A stretch of DNA of 55,453 nt from an uncultured Candidatus Saccharibacteria bacterium (GTDB taxonomy: Bacteria > Patescibacteriota > Minisyncoccia > UBA6257 > WO2-44-18): positions 1 to 55,453 of the forward strand of contig CAZWVU010000005.1 in the NCBI GenBank assembly GCA_964637575.1. Reading direction: 5' to 3'. The position numbers were made by a program, and so were the translations under genes. This document shows, in pieces, positions 25,472-33,837 of the stretch. The notes under the pieces were generated by a model that made no database searches, had not been told where the DNA came from, and saw nothing but the letters and a program-made list of their open reading frames with translations. The stretch's first letter is position 1. The number at the start of each line of letters is the position of its first letter.

Positions 25472-26320
25472 ATGAAGAGCTTCATTGCGTGGTCGCTGGC
25501 GTTTTTTGGGTTGACCGTCGGCGTCGTGCTCGCGCAGGAAGATTTTTTGCGGAATACGAAAGGGATTAAAAAAGCGCACAGTTCGATCTCGGTGATTGAT
25601 CCTGACAAGAACGAGGAGAGTCCCTGGGCGGACGTTACGTTCCGTTATAACGAGGAGGGCGACTGCACGGAAGTCGTGCTGGGCGTGGCGGGCGGTGCTG
25701 AAACCACGACCTACGCCTATCAATACGACCAGAAGAAGCGGAAAACGGAAATCGTGAAGAAGATGAACGGCGCGCTCCGGAGTAAAGCGGTATACACCTA
25801 TGCCGAAAACGGGTCGTATGAACTCGCCCTGCAGGAGTATAAGGGAGAAAAGGCCGGGAAAGAAACGCCGTCGGATATCGCGAAAAGTCATTACAACGCG
25901 AAGGGGAATATCGTTTCCAGCACCCGTCATTATCATACCTTTGATATTGACGTGAAGCAGGAATATTCCTACGACAACCATGATTTTCTTGTCGAAATGA
26001 AGGAAACGGGGGGTGATCAAGTCGGGATATCGTCATTTACCAATGACGCCAAAGGCAATCATCTTGAACGAATCCTGAAAAACGCGGCCGGCGCCACGCT
26101 CGGCCGGGAGACCTGGAAGTGGAACGACAAAGGAGACTGGACGGAGCATTGCAGCTACGACGCAAAAGGGACGTTGCTGCAAAAAGAAACGGCGTCCGCC
26201 CGCTATAACGAGCATGGGCACCCGACCGAGTTTACGTACGCAATCTTTGCAGAGAACGCCACGAAGCTGGCGATGACGCTGAAGGGCCGCCAGGAATACG
26301 AATATTACGAAAAAAAATGA
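25472..26320 (+). CDS. secreted protein built of YD-like repeats
   Basis: Signal peptide ...VVLAQ. Recurrent Y/F-x-[YN]-[DN]-x-x-G units: FRYNEEGD, YTYAENGS, HYNAKGN, FTNDAKGN, WKWNDKGD, SYDAKGT, RYNEHGH. Confidence 0.55.
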   Translation: MKSFIAWSLAFFGLTVGVVLAQEDFLRNTKGIKKAHSSISVIDPDKNEESPWADVTFRYNEEGDCTEVVLGVAGGAETTTYAYQYDQKKRKTEIVKKMNGALRSKAVYTYAENGSYELALQEYKGEKAGKETPSDIAKSHYNAKGNIVSSTRHYHTFDIDVKQEYSYDNHDFLVEMKETGGDQVGISSFTNDAKGNHLERILKNAAGATLGRETWKWNDKGDWTEHCSYDAKGTLLQKETASARYNEHGHPTEFTYAIFAENATKLAMTLKGRQEYEYYEKK

Positions 26321-26326
26321 AACCGG

Positions 26327-26354
26327 AGCCGCCTATCAATAGGCGGCTTTTTAT
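26327..26354 (+). terminator. intrinsic terminator
   Basis: 8-bp stem AGCCGCCT/AGGCGGCT then TTTTT. Confidence 0.75.
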
Positions 26355-26389
26355 TGTATAACTAGGGGGTACTTTGAAAGGAAAAACTT

Positions 26390-28555
26390 GTGAAATATCT
26401 TCTCTGGCTGGCACTTCTGGTCTTTCAGGAACCGCGGGATGAAGGCGGGCAGATCGAGGACATTGTGCTGCCTCTGCCGCAGTTCTATCTCAACAATGTT
26501 ACGAGCGAAGTGCAGGGTTTGTTCGGCTATACGGATGTACCGCCGCCGGAACATTCGCACTGGCATTTTTATTTCCAGCTGACGGACCGGTTGGGCCGTC
26601 CGTCCGGGCCGCCCCAGCGGGTGGACACCGACGTGTTTTACGGCAAGATCCGCGGCATTCTTAGTTATGGCGTAAAGGATTCCGGCAGCATCGACGATCC
26701 GGAGGTGAATGCCGGGTTTGTAGTCATCATGAAAACGCTGATGAAGTACGGTATCTTCAGACAGGAAGCCGTGGAGTGGGCCAAGCAAAAATATCTTTTC
26801 GGGAATCATTGGGTGGAAAGCTGCTACTTTTTGGAAGAAGCGGCCGGCGCCCAGTTTGCCGAGAATGACTGGAAGGAACTTCTGGACCGGCCCTACAACA
26901 GCGGCGGGACCGCTCCTTACTTTGAGACGCTCGCGAGAATCCGCCTTGCCAAAGGCGACCGCGCCAAACTGAAAGAGATTGCCGACTGGCTGGACGCGCG
27001 CCTGCGGGATGAACTGCCCGACGCGACATTCTTAGTCAAAGTATTCAATAACTACTTCAAGGCCTATGCCGAATTAACCAGGCAAGGGGTGCTGTTCCGG
27101 AAGGAACGGGCGGCCGCGCCGCTCTTCGATCTTTATTTCGATATCGATCCCAATCTGGCCGGCGATTTCCAGACGCTTTACCGCGACTGGGGTCTTCCGG
27201 CACCGCAGGAATCGGACGTGGAACCGATGCTGGTCCGTCTCGCGGCGCAGGACAAAGTCCGTCTGCCGCTGCTGGGCCATTTTCGGAAACGCGGGCTCGC
27301 GTTTCCGAAAGAAAAGGTGCGGACGTATCTTGTGATCATGGTGGACGTGATCGAAAACGCTCCGACGGGGGATTTTGAATACATTGCGGCGCTTGCCGGA
27401 GAAGATCTCCGGAAGATGGCCGCGGAAATGCTTACCAACCGTCTGAAATCTTCGGGTCAGCCGCTCTACGCGCTGGTGCCGAAATTCCGGGAACTCCGGC
27501 TTGAATTCCCGAAAGCCTACGCGATCCAGTACCGCAATGAAATGCTCGACCGTTTTGGCACCTACGATTTCGCCGACATTGAATATCTTTTCCAGTTTGC
27601 CGGCACGGACGGCATTGAGCCGGAAAAACTGAAGAGCTATGGCGACAGCGCGATGGACTGGCACTTCAATAAACTTAACGCCAACCGCCAGAAGGATCCG
27701 CGGGATTACTACCACGCGGCGGTGGAATGCTACCGTCTCGTGGGGTCGGCGGTCAAAAAACTGGAAGCGGAAAAAGACGATCTGGCGAGGAAATACGCCG
27801 GTGCCGGAGACAATGCCGAGCTGGAAAAGCTCCGGAAACGCATTGAGCGGCTTACGTTGAGTCCGGAACGGATCGGCAAACTTCTGGAAGACGCGGGCGA
27901 TCTCGCGATCCGGATGCGCGATCTTATTCTGGCCTACGAATTCCGCGGCAATGATCCGAAAACCGACGAGTTGGTGCTGGCAAAGCTGCGTGACCGGACC
28001 TCCCAAGCGGAACAGCGCCGGCAGGAGCGGTTTTCCTTCGGCCCCGGGTATCTTGCCTGGTGGCGGGAAAATACCCCCCAATACGAATCAGCGTTCTTCC
28101 GGGAAGAGATCGAACTTGTCGCCCGCCTTCAGGAGCCGGGCCGCACCCATGCGCTCGCGGTGAAGATCGCGGACGCGTTGGTGGAGCAGCTCAAGCGGGA
28201 GGGCGAAGAGATCATTGCGGAATTTACCCGGGTGCGGTGCATCCGGCCGGTCGGATTTGAAACGTACCGCCAGCGGTTGGAAGATTCCGACGGCGTGGTC
28301 TACGCCGTGTTTCAGCAGGTGACCGATCTGATGGTCTATCTTGATTTTCGGGACGGCCTCCGGGCATTCGCGCAGGCGCTGCATGATGCTGCCTGGGACT
28401 ACTCCGCCCGGAAGATATTCCAGCTGGCCGGACTCGGCAGAGAAGCCGAGGAAAAATATTACGGCCGGCACGATATCCGTTACTGGATGGCGCGCGAACG
28501 GCGCTTCAACTATGAAATGCGGACCCAGGGAACGTTCGACCCGTTTCACAAATAA
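26390..28555 (+). CDS. orphan 721-aa protein, predicted mostly alpha-helical
   Basis: GTG start after GAAAGGAAAA; short hydrophobic N-terminus; no motif I recognise. Confidence 0.6.
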   Translation: MKYLLWLALLVFQEPRDEGGQIEDIVLPLPQFYLNNVTSEVQGLFGYTDVPPPEHSHWHFYFQLTDRLGRPSGPPQRVDTDVFYGKIRGILSYGVKDSGSIDDPEVNAGFVVIMKTLMKYGIFRQEAVEWAKQKYLFGNHWVESCYFLEEAAGAQFAENDWKELLDRPYNSGGTAPYFETLARIRLAKGDRAKLKEIADWLDARLRDELPDATFLVKVFNNYFKAYAELTRQGVLFRKERAAAPLFDLYFDIDPNLAGDFQTLYRDWGLPAPQESDVEPMLVRLAAQDKVRLPLLGHFRKRGLAFPKEKVRTYLVIMVDVIENAPTGDFEYIAALAGEDLRKMAAEMLTNRLKSSGQPLYALVPKFRELRLEFPKAYAIQYRNEMLDRFGTYDFADIEYLFQFAGTDGIEPEKLKSYGDSAMDWHFNKLNANRQKDPRDYYHAAVECYRLVGSAVKKLEAEKDDLARKYAGAGDNAELEKLRKRIERLTLSPERIGKLLEDAGDLAIRMRDLILAYEFRGNDPKTDELVLAKLRDRTSQAEQRRQERFSFGPGYLAWWRENTPQYESAFFREEIELVARLQEPGRTHALAVKIADALVEQLKREGEEIIAEFTRVRCIRPVGFETYRQRLEDSDGVVYAVFQQVTDLMVYLDFRDGLRAFAQALHDAAWDYSARKIFQLAGLGREAEEKYYGRHDIRYWMARERRFNYEMRTQGTFDPFHK

Positions 28556-28593
28556 AAACCCCGATCAGAGTCATTCTGTCGGGGATTTTTTTA
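28554..28593. terminator. bidirectional terminator
   Basis: A-run, long stem CCCCGA-CAGA/TCTG-TCGGGG, T-run; lies between convergent genes. Confidence 0.75.
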
Positions 28594-28968
28594 TTTGAGG
28601 ATTTTCTTTGCACGTTCCATCTGGGCAAGCGTGCCGCGGAGATACGCCACCCGGGAATTGGCGGCATCCAGTTCCTTCACGCATTTCGGAAGCGCCTTCC
28701 GGAATTTCCTTTCTTTGCGGAGATCGAGCGCGCCCGCCGCCACCGCGCGGAGAATCGAAAGATCATCGCGCACCACCTCGATTTCCCGGGTGAGGAGCGC
28801 CGCCTGGTCGTCATGGCCTTCCTTCCGGCTGGGAAACGTTTTGGACATCGGATTGAGCTGATCGCGGATGGCGGCGTCGCGATCGCGCGTGAGCGCGGAC
28901 AGCCGTTCGATCAATTCATGTATTTTCTGTTCGGCGCGTTTCTGGGGGCGGCCGGCGGGTGCGGTCAT
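28591..28968 (-). CDS. hypothetical coiled-coil protein (125 aa)
   Basis: AAGGAG upstream on the minus strand; heptad-like charged sequence. Confidence 0.5.
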   Translation of the reverse strand: MTAPAGRPQKRAEQKIHELIERLSALTRDRDAAIRDQLNPMSKTFPSRKEGHDDQAALLTREIEVVRDDLSILRAVAAGALDLRKERKFRKALPKCVKELDAANSRVAYLRGTLAQMERAKKILK

Positions 28969-29017
28969 TCGGCACTCCTTTTAAAATATCTGGAAACTAT
29001 TATAGTATAAGTCCTAT

Positions 29018-30253
29018 ATGAAGCAAAGTCAGCTTTTCACCAAGACTTCCAAAACTTCACCCGCGGAAGAGGAGGCGGTCAACGCCAAACTCCTTATCAA
29101 AGGCGGCTTTATCCGGAAAATGTCCGCCGGCGTCTATTCGTATCTGCCGCTGGCCCACCGCATCCTTTCCAAAATTATCCAGATTATCCGCGAGGAGATG
29201 AACGCGATCGGCGGACAGGAAGTATTGATGAACACCCTGGTGGCGAAAGAATACCTGGAAAAATCCAAACGCTGGCATACCGACGTCGCCTATGAATTTA
29301 AGTCTCCGTTCGGCGAGGAGCTGGCCCTGGGCTGGACGCACGAAGAGGTGATCACCGCGATCGCCACCCATTTTTTAAGTTCCTATAAAGACCTGCCGTT
29401 CGCGGCTTACCAGTTCCAGACGAAATTCCGCGCCGAGCCGCGCGCCAAGAGCGGTCTGCTCCGCGGCCGCGAGTTCCTGATGAAAGACCTTTATAGTTTC
29501 CACGCCAGCAAGGAAGATCTGGAGGCGTTTTATCAGAAGGCCATCGAAGCGTATAAAAAAGTCTTCAAGCGGCTTTCGCTCGACGCCAAGCTCGTGGAGG
29601 CGGGCGGGGGATTGTTCACCAAAGAATACACGCATGAGTTTCAGGTACTGACCCCGGTCGGCGAGGACACGATCATCTATTGCACGAAATGCGACTACGC
29701 GCAGAATAAAGAAATTGCGCTGGTGCGCGGCGGCCAGCGGTGCCCCAAGTGTGACGCCGACGTGATGGAGGGGCAGGCGGTGGAGGTGGGCAATGTGTTC
29801 CGGCTCGGCACGCGTTACTCCGATGCCTTCGATTTGAAATTTACCAACGAGAAAGGGGAGAAGCAGCCGGTGATTATGGGATCGTACGGTATCGGCCCGA
29901 CGCGCGTAATGGGGACGCTGGCGGAGATTTTTAACGATGAAAAAGGATTGATCTGGCCGGAGGCGGTCGCCCCGTATGCCCTGCACCTTGTGGAATTGAA
30001 GAGCGAAAAAGCGGGCGTGAAGAAATTCGCCGAGAAAGTATATGCGCAACTCACGAAAGCCGACGTGGAAGTTTTGTACGACGACCGCGACGCTTCGGCC
30101 GGCGAAAAATTCGCCGACGCTGACCTGATCGGCTGCCCGTGGCGCGCCGTCGTCAGCGAAAAGAACGGTGATAAGATAGAACTCAAAGCCCGTAACTCTA
30201 AAGTTTCCAAACAAGTGACGTTGACGGAGCTTTTGAAAAAATTGACAAAGTAG
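29018..30253 (+). CDS. proS: proline--tRNA ligase, minimal form (411 aa) with CxxC...CxxC insert in place of the INS editing domain
   Basis: MKQSQLF...GGFIRKMSAGVYSYLPLAHRIL; motif 2 FRAEPRAKSGLLRGREFLMKD; CTKC...CPKC at residues 222-245. Confidence 0.85.
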   Translation: MKQSQLFTKTSKTSPAEEEAVNAKLLIKGGFIRKMSAGVYSYLPLAHRILSKIIQIIREEMNAIGGQEVLMNTLVAKEYLEKSKRWHTDVAYEFKSPFGEELALGWTHEEVITAIATHFLSSYKDLPFAAYQFQTKFRAEPRAKSGLLRGREFLMKDLYSFHASKEDLEAFYQKAIEAYKKVFKRLSLDAKLVEAGGGLFTKEYTHEFQVLTPVGEDTIIYCTKCDYAQNKEIALVRGGQRCPKCDADVMEGQAVEVGNVFRLGTRYSDAFDLKFTNEKGEKQPVIMGSYGIGPTRVMGTLAEIFNDEKGLIWPEAVAPYALHLVELKSEKAGVKKFAEKVYAQLTKADVEVLYDDRDASAGEKFADADLIGCPWRAVVSEKNGDKIELKARNSKVSKQVTLTELLKKLTK

Positions 30254-30352
30254 CATTTTTTGCGTATAAATAGCGCAGTATTTTGATTCCGGCCCGCCAG
30301 ACTTTTGCCTTGTGGCAGAAGCGCGGCGACGCCAATGTTAGGAGGACTTGTC

Positions 30353-31051
30353 GTGGCGAAAACGACAACCCTGAAGCAGGCAAGGAAGATCCTGGAGATC
30401 TTCGAGGACGCGTCGGTGGAGCAGATGCAGGCGATCCTGGAATCGGGACTGCTTACCGATCTTCGCCTCGCGGATATTTGGGGGATTGACCGGAATAAGT
30501 TCCGGGGGCTGTGCGCGCTCCCGCCGCTTGAGTCGGAAAATGGGGCCGGCGCAAAGAAGGTTCACAACTTCAAGATTTGGAAGACTATCAAACTCGGCAC
30601 TGGTCTCCGGACCGCCAACGATTTCCGGAAAGCCCTCAAGAAGGCCAACTGCAAGATCTCTGAACGGGCCAACGAGATCCTTGGCAAATCGGCGTTCACC
30701 GCCGCCACCGAGGAGACAGAAGTAGACCTAGTAGCGGTCTCAGTCGCCGAACTGAGTTTCCCCGGCGGTGCCACCCGAGAGAAGATCTACCGCAGAGCCC
30801 AAGAACTCGGCTTGGGGCTTTGTCCGGCAGAAGTCGGTCCGCAACTGCGCCTGCAATACAATGATCAACCCAGCTTCGAATGGCTTTTTATAGGAATGGA
30901 CCCCGTCACTGACTCGAATCGCAATCTCAGAATGTTCTTTGTTGAGCGCGATGGCTTCACCCTGTGGCTCTCCGCCAACTCTGGCGACGCCGACCGTTTC
31001 TGGAACGGCGGCTTTCGCTGGGTGTTCGTCCTCCCGCGCCCCGTAAAATAG
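30353..31051 (+). CDS. orphan protein (~232 aa)
   Basis: AGGAGG is 7 nt before GTG 30353 (alternative ATG at 30335); own terminator. Confidence 0.5.
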   Translation: MAKTTTLKQARKILEIFEDASVEQMQAILESGLLTDLRLADIWGIDRNKFRGLCALPPLESENGAGAKKVHNFKIWKTIKLGTGLRTANDFRKALKKANCKISERANEILGKSAFTAATEETEVDLVAVSVAELSFPGGATREKIYRRAQELGLGLCPAEVGPQLRLQYNDQPSFEWLFIGMDPVTDSNRNLRMFFVERDGFTLWLSANSGDADRFWNGGFRWVFVLPRPVK

Positions 31052-31085
31052 CTCCGCTTTCACGGGGCAGGCAAATAACAATTCT

Positions 31086-31122
31086 ATCCCCATCGGACTC
31101 CGGTCCGCTGGGGATTTTTTTC
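31086..31122 (+). terminator. intrinsic terminator
   Basis: Stem ATCCCCA/TGGGGAT with structured loop, then TTTTTTT. Confidence 0.65.
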
Positions 31123-31170
31123 CAACCGCGCTGCTCAAGCTACCACCCAGAAAATCGCAACAAAACAAGT

Positions 31171-31315
31171 GGCTGCCGCCAATTTTTGAGCCGACCGTTT
31201 CGCAGGCCGAGCGGGCAGGGTGTCCGTCAGCAGACGGACGAGCGAGGCCGAGAACGAGCGCAATTTTCTCGCCGGGAAAATTGATAGCGTGTCGGCGAGA
31301 ATGTTGGCGGTAGCC
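31171..31315 (-). repeat. structured repeat R, copy A (minus orientation)
   Basis: ~145 nt, roughly 85% identical by eye to 36670-36810 in inverted orientation. Closing stem GGCT-A-CCGCCAA/TTGGCGG-C-AGCC; internal hairpin GTCCGTC/GACGGAC at 31222-31239. Confidence 0.8.
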
Positions 31316-31365
31316 ATAGCTATTTGCCAAAAAAAATCGTTGAGGTACAATAAGACCAATCTTTT

Positions 31366-32415
31366 ATGAAATCTCCGCTGGCGATTTTTTCTAAAAATGT
31401 CGGGATCGATCTCGGCACGGCGAACTCGCTCGTGTATCTCGCGGGCCGCGGCATTGTCATCAACGAGCCGTCCATCGCGGCGCTCAACGCCAAGACCAAC
31501 CAGGTGCTTGCCATTGGCGAGGAGGCCAAGAAAATGATCGGCCGCACGCCTCAGCACATCAACGTCATCCGCCCGCTGGTCAACGGCGTCATCTCCGATT
31601 TCGAAATGGCGCAGGAAATGCTCCGGCATTTTCTCCGCAAACTCGGCGGCACGAAAATTTTCTACAGTTTCCAGAAAGCGGTCATCGGCGTGCCGAGCAA
31701 TCTCACGGAAGTGGAACGGAAATCGGTGGAGGACGCGGTGGTAGGTGCCGGCGTCTCCAAAGCCTTCATCATCGAAGAGCCGATCGCGGCCGCGCTCGGC
31801 GCGCGTCTGCCGATCGAGGAACCGGCGGCGAATATGATCATCGACATCGGCGGCGGCACCAGCGAGATCGCCATTATTTCTATGGGCGGGACGGTAACGT
31901 CCAAAAGTCTGAAAATTGCCGGCGACCGCCTGAACGACGACATTATCCGGTTCATCCGCGACGAGTTCAAACTGGCGATCGGAGAGCCGACGGCGGAAGA
32001 ATTGAAAATCCATATCGGATCGGCCCTGCCGCTCAATGAAAAAATGGAGATGACCATCCGCGGCCGCGATCTGGCAACCGGCCTGCCGCGCGAGGCGATC
32101 GTCCGGGATACCCACATCCGGGCTGCCATCGTGAAATCCCTGAAATCCATCGTGGAAGCGGTTAAAGAGGTGATCGAGGTTTCCCCGCCGGAGCTGGCGG
32201 GCGATATTCTCAAGCGGGGTATTTATATGTGCGGCGGTGGCAGCCTGCTGAAAGGCATGGATCAGTTGCTGGCCCGGGAGTTGGGAGTGCTCACGAATAT
32301 CGTTGACGATCCGCTGACCTGCGTCGCGCGCGGTACCGGCGTGGCCGTGGAGAATCTTGCCAAGTACCAGATCATTTTGGATAACCCGCTCCGGCCCCGG
32401 GATATTAAAATTTAA
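31366..32415 (+). CDS. mreB: rod-shape actin homolog MreB (copy 2)
   Basis: VGIDLGTANS, NEPSIAA, DIGGGTSEIAI; followed by mreC-mreD. Confidence 0.9.
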   Translation: MKSPLAIFSKNVGIDLGTANSLVYLAGRGIVINEPSIAALNAKTNQVLAIGEEAKKMIGRTPQHINVIRPLVNGVISDFEMAQEMLRHFLRKLGGTKIFYSFQKAVIGVPSNLTEVERKSVEDAVVGAGVSKAFIIEEPIAAALGARLPIEEPAANMIIDIGGGTSEIAIISMGGTVTSKSLKIAGDRLNDDIIRFIRDEFKLAIGEPTAEELKIHIGSALPLNEKMEMTIRGRDLATGLPREAIVRDTHIRAAIVKSLKSIVEAVKEVIEVSPPELAGDILKRGIYMCGGGSLLKGMDQLLARELGVLTNIVDDPLTCVARGTGVAVENLAKYQIILDNPLRPRDIKI

Positions 32416-32521
32416 ATTTACAATTTTAAATTTTCAATCAATTGTAAATGACTCAATGTTTAAAACATTTAAGAATTAAATCATTCATTTCAAATTTAAA
32501 CTTTACAATTTCAAATTTTTC
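32411..32521. repeat. AT-rich intergenic element, copy 2
   Basis: Shares TTTAAATTTACAATT and other blocks with 3081-3196; palindrome AATGTTTaAAACATT at 32455-32469. Confidence 0.7.
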
Positions 32522-33124
32522 ATGAAATACTCCTGGCTTCTGACCCTAGTCGCGCTGCTTGCCATCGCCATGTTCCATAACGCCATCGTGCCTGCCAAAA
32601 CGAATCTGGCGGCGGTGATCAGTCTCGAACGTTTTCCGCAGCCCCAGCACGTGAAGCAGAATGGCCGCGAAGTGCTGGTCGCTCAGGTGTATTCCACATA
32701 CCCGTTTAATAACCGGAGCATCCTTACGGTGGCGGCCGGATCCGAAGAAGGCATCCGTCCGGGAATGGTGGTTACCGCCGACGGGAATTATCTTCTGGGG
32801 CAGGTCACAGAGGTGTTTGACCATCTCAGCAACGTGCGGACCATTTTTGACAAGGACTGGCAGATTTCCGCGAGGGTGGGATCGGCGCAGGCAGACGCGC
32901 TTCTGGTGAGCGGGCAGCAGCCCTCGCTGACCATGATTGATAAAAAAATCGCGGTCGCGGAGGGTGATCCGGTTATTTCCGCGAGCCGGGATTTTCCTTA
33001 CGGACTCAAGATCGGGACAATCAGCGGCATCGAGTCGGCCGGCGAAGTTTCCTTCCAGCAGGGAATGCTTCAGGTGCCGTATCAGGTAAACGACCTTAAA
33101 GAAGTCGCGATCATTATCCGCTGA
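32522..33124 (+). CDS. mreC: rod shape-determining protein MreC (short form)
   Basis: N-terminal TM; GIRPGMVV...LGQVTEV...NVRTI...GDPVISAS...FPYGLKIGTI pattern; gene order. Confidence 0.7.
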   Translation: MKYSWLLTLVALLAIAMFHNAIVPAKTNLAAVISLERFPQPQHVKQNGREVLVAQVYSTYPFNNRSILTVAAGSEEGIRPGMVVTADGNYLLGQVTEVFDHLSNVRTIFDKDWQISARVGSAQADALLVSGQQPSLTMIDKKIAVAEGDPVISASRDFPYGLKIGTISGIESAGEVSFQQGMLQVPYQVNDLKEVAIIIR

Positions 33125-33127
33125 TCG

Positions 33128-33601
33128 ATGACGCCTCTGAAATTTTTCGGAGTGGCCGCGTTGATCGTGCTCCTGGGCGCGATCCAGAATACCAACTGGC
33201 TGATGGTCGGCGGCACCAAACCCGATCTGCTGCTGGCCGGCATGATCGCGCTCGCCTTTTTCACGGAGCATATCTGGCAGTACGGATTTTTCATTTTGCT
33301 CGCGGGCGCGATGCTGAAAACGCAGGGATTCTTCGCGCCGGAGCTGGTAGTCTTCACGCTTTTGCTGATCCTGGCCGCCTGGATTGCCGCAGTCTGGCGC
33401 GCCAAGCCGGTGTTCATGAACCTCCTGTTGACGGGAGGTGCGACCATCGCGTTCTATCTTTTTACCGGTCCTTCATACATCTTTTCCTATCCTGGGCCGC
33501 TGGCGCTGGAATTAGGGTACAATCTTATTCTGGGCGCGATGATATTTAAAATTTTTGAAACATGTCTAGGCCATAAGAAAGCAATATTTTCCAGCAATTA
33601 A
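33128..33601 (+). CDS. mreD: rod shape-determining protein MreD-like membrane protein
   Basis: Polytopic hydrophobic 157-aa protein directly after mreC. Confidence 0.55.
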   Translation: MTPLKFFGVAALIVLLGAIQNTNWLMVGGTKPDLLLAGMIALAFFTEHIWQYGFFILLAGAMLKTQGFFAPELVVFTLLLILAAWIAAVWRAKPVFMNLLLTGGATIAFYLFTGPSYIFSYPGPLALELGYNLILGAMIFKIFETCLGHKKAIFSSN

Positions 33602-33837
33602 TAAGAGCAATTTTGTTATGCTGCCGCGACGCGAGGGCGCAGGCGTAGATTCTACGCCCAGCCCGAGCAACAAAGGTCAGAGCATACAAAATTGCCTTAC
33701 CCCGAAGGGGAGCTATGCATTTTGGCCAGTTACGGCGTTGCTCCTCCTCGCAGTGCGTTGCACAGCTTCGTCGTCGCGCCTTGTACCTGTCTCAAAATGT
33801 ATGCTTCAATTTGGAAAGATATTGCTTTCTTATGGCC
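33569..33837 (+). promoter_or_regulatory. 19-bp inverted repeat bracketing a structured ~230-nt mreD-mrdA spacer
   Basis: GGCCATAAGAAAGCAATAT (33569-33587) is the exact reverse complement of 33819-33837, which contains the mrdA ATG (33832). The spacer holds hairpins GGCGTAG/CTACGCC and CCCC/GGGG. Confidence 0.7.

Noticed and set aside
31171-31315. Repeat families R and E as IS elements or MITEs marking a mobile element
   Set aside because: There is no transposase or integrase in the window and no target-site duplications. The differences between copies are compensatory in stems, which fits structural selection better than transposon decay. A MITE origin cannot be fully excluded.
33122-33124. 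Alternative genetic code (UGA recoding, as in some CPR lineages)
   Set aside because: TGA terminates well-defined genes at the expected protein ends (e.g. mreC at 33122-33124 and the ORFs ending at 11048, 26320 and 48853), and no conserved gene needs in-frame TGA read-through.
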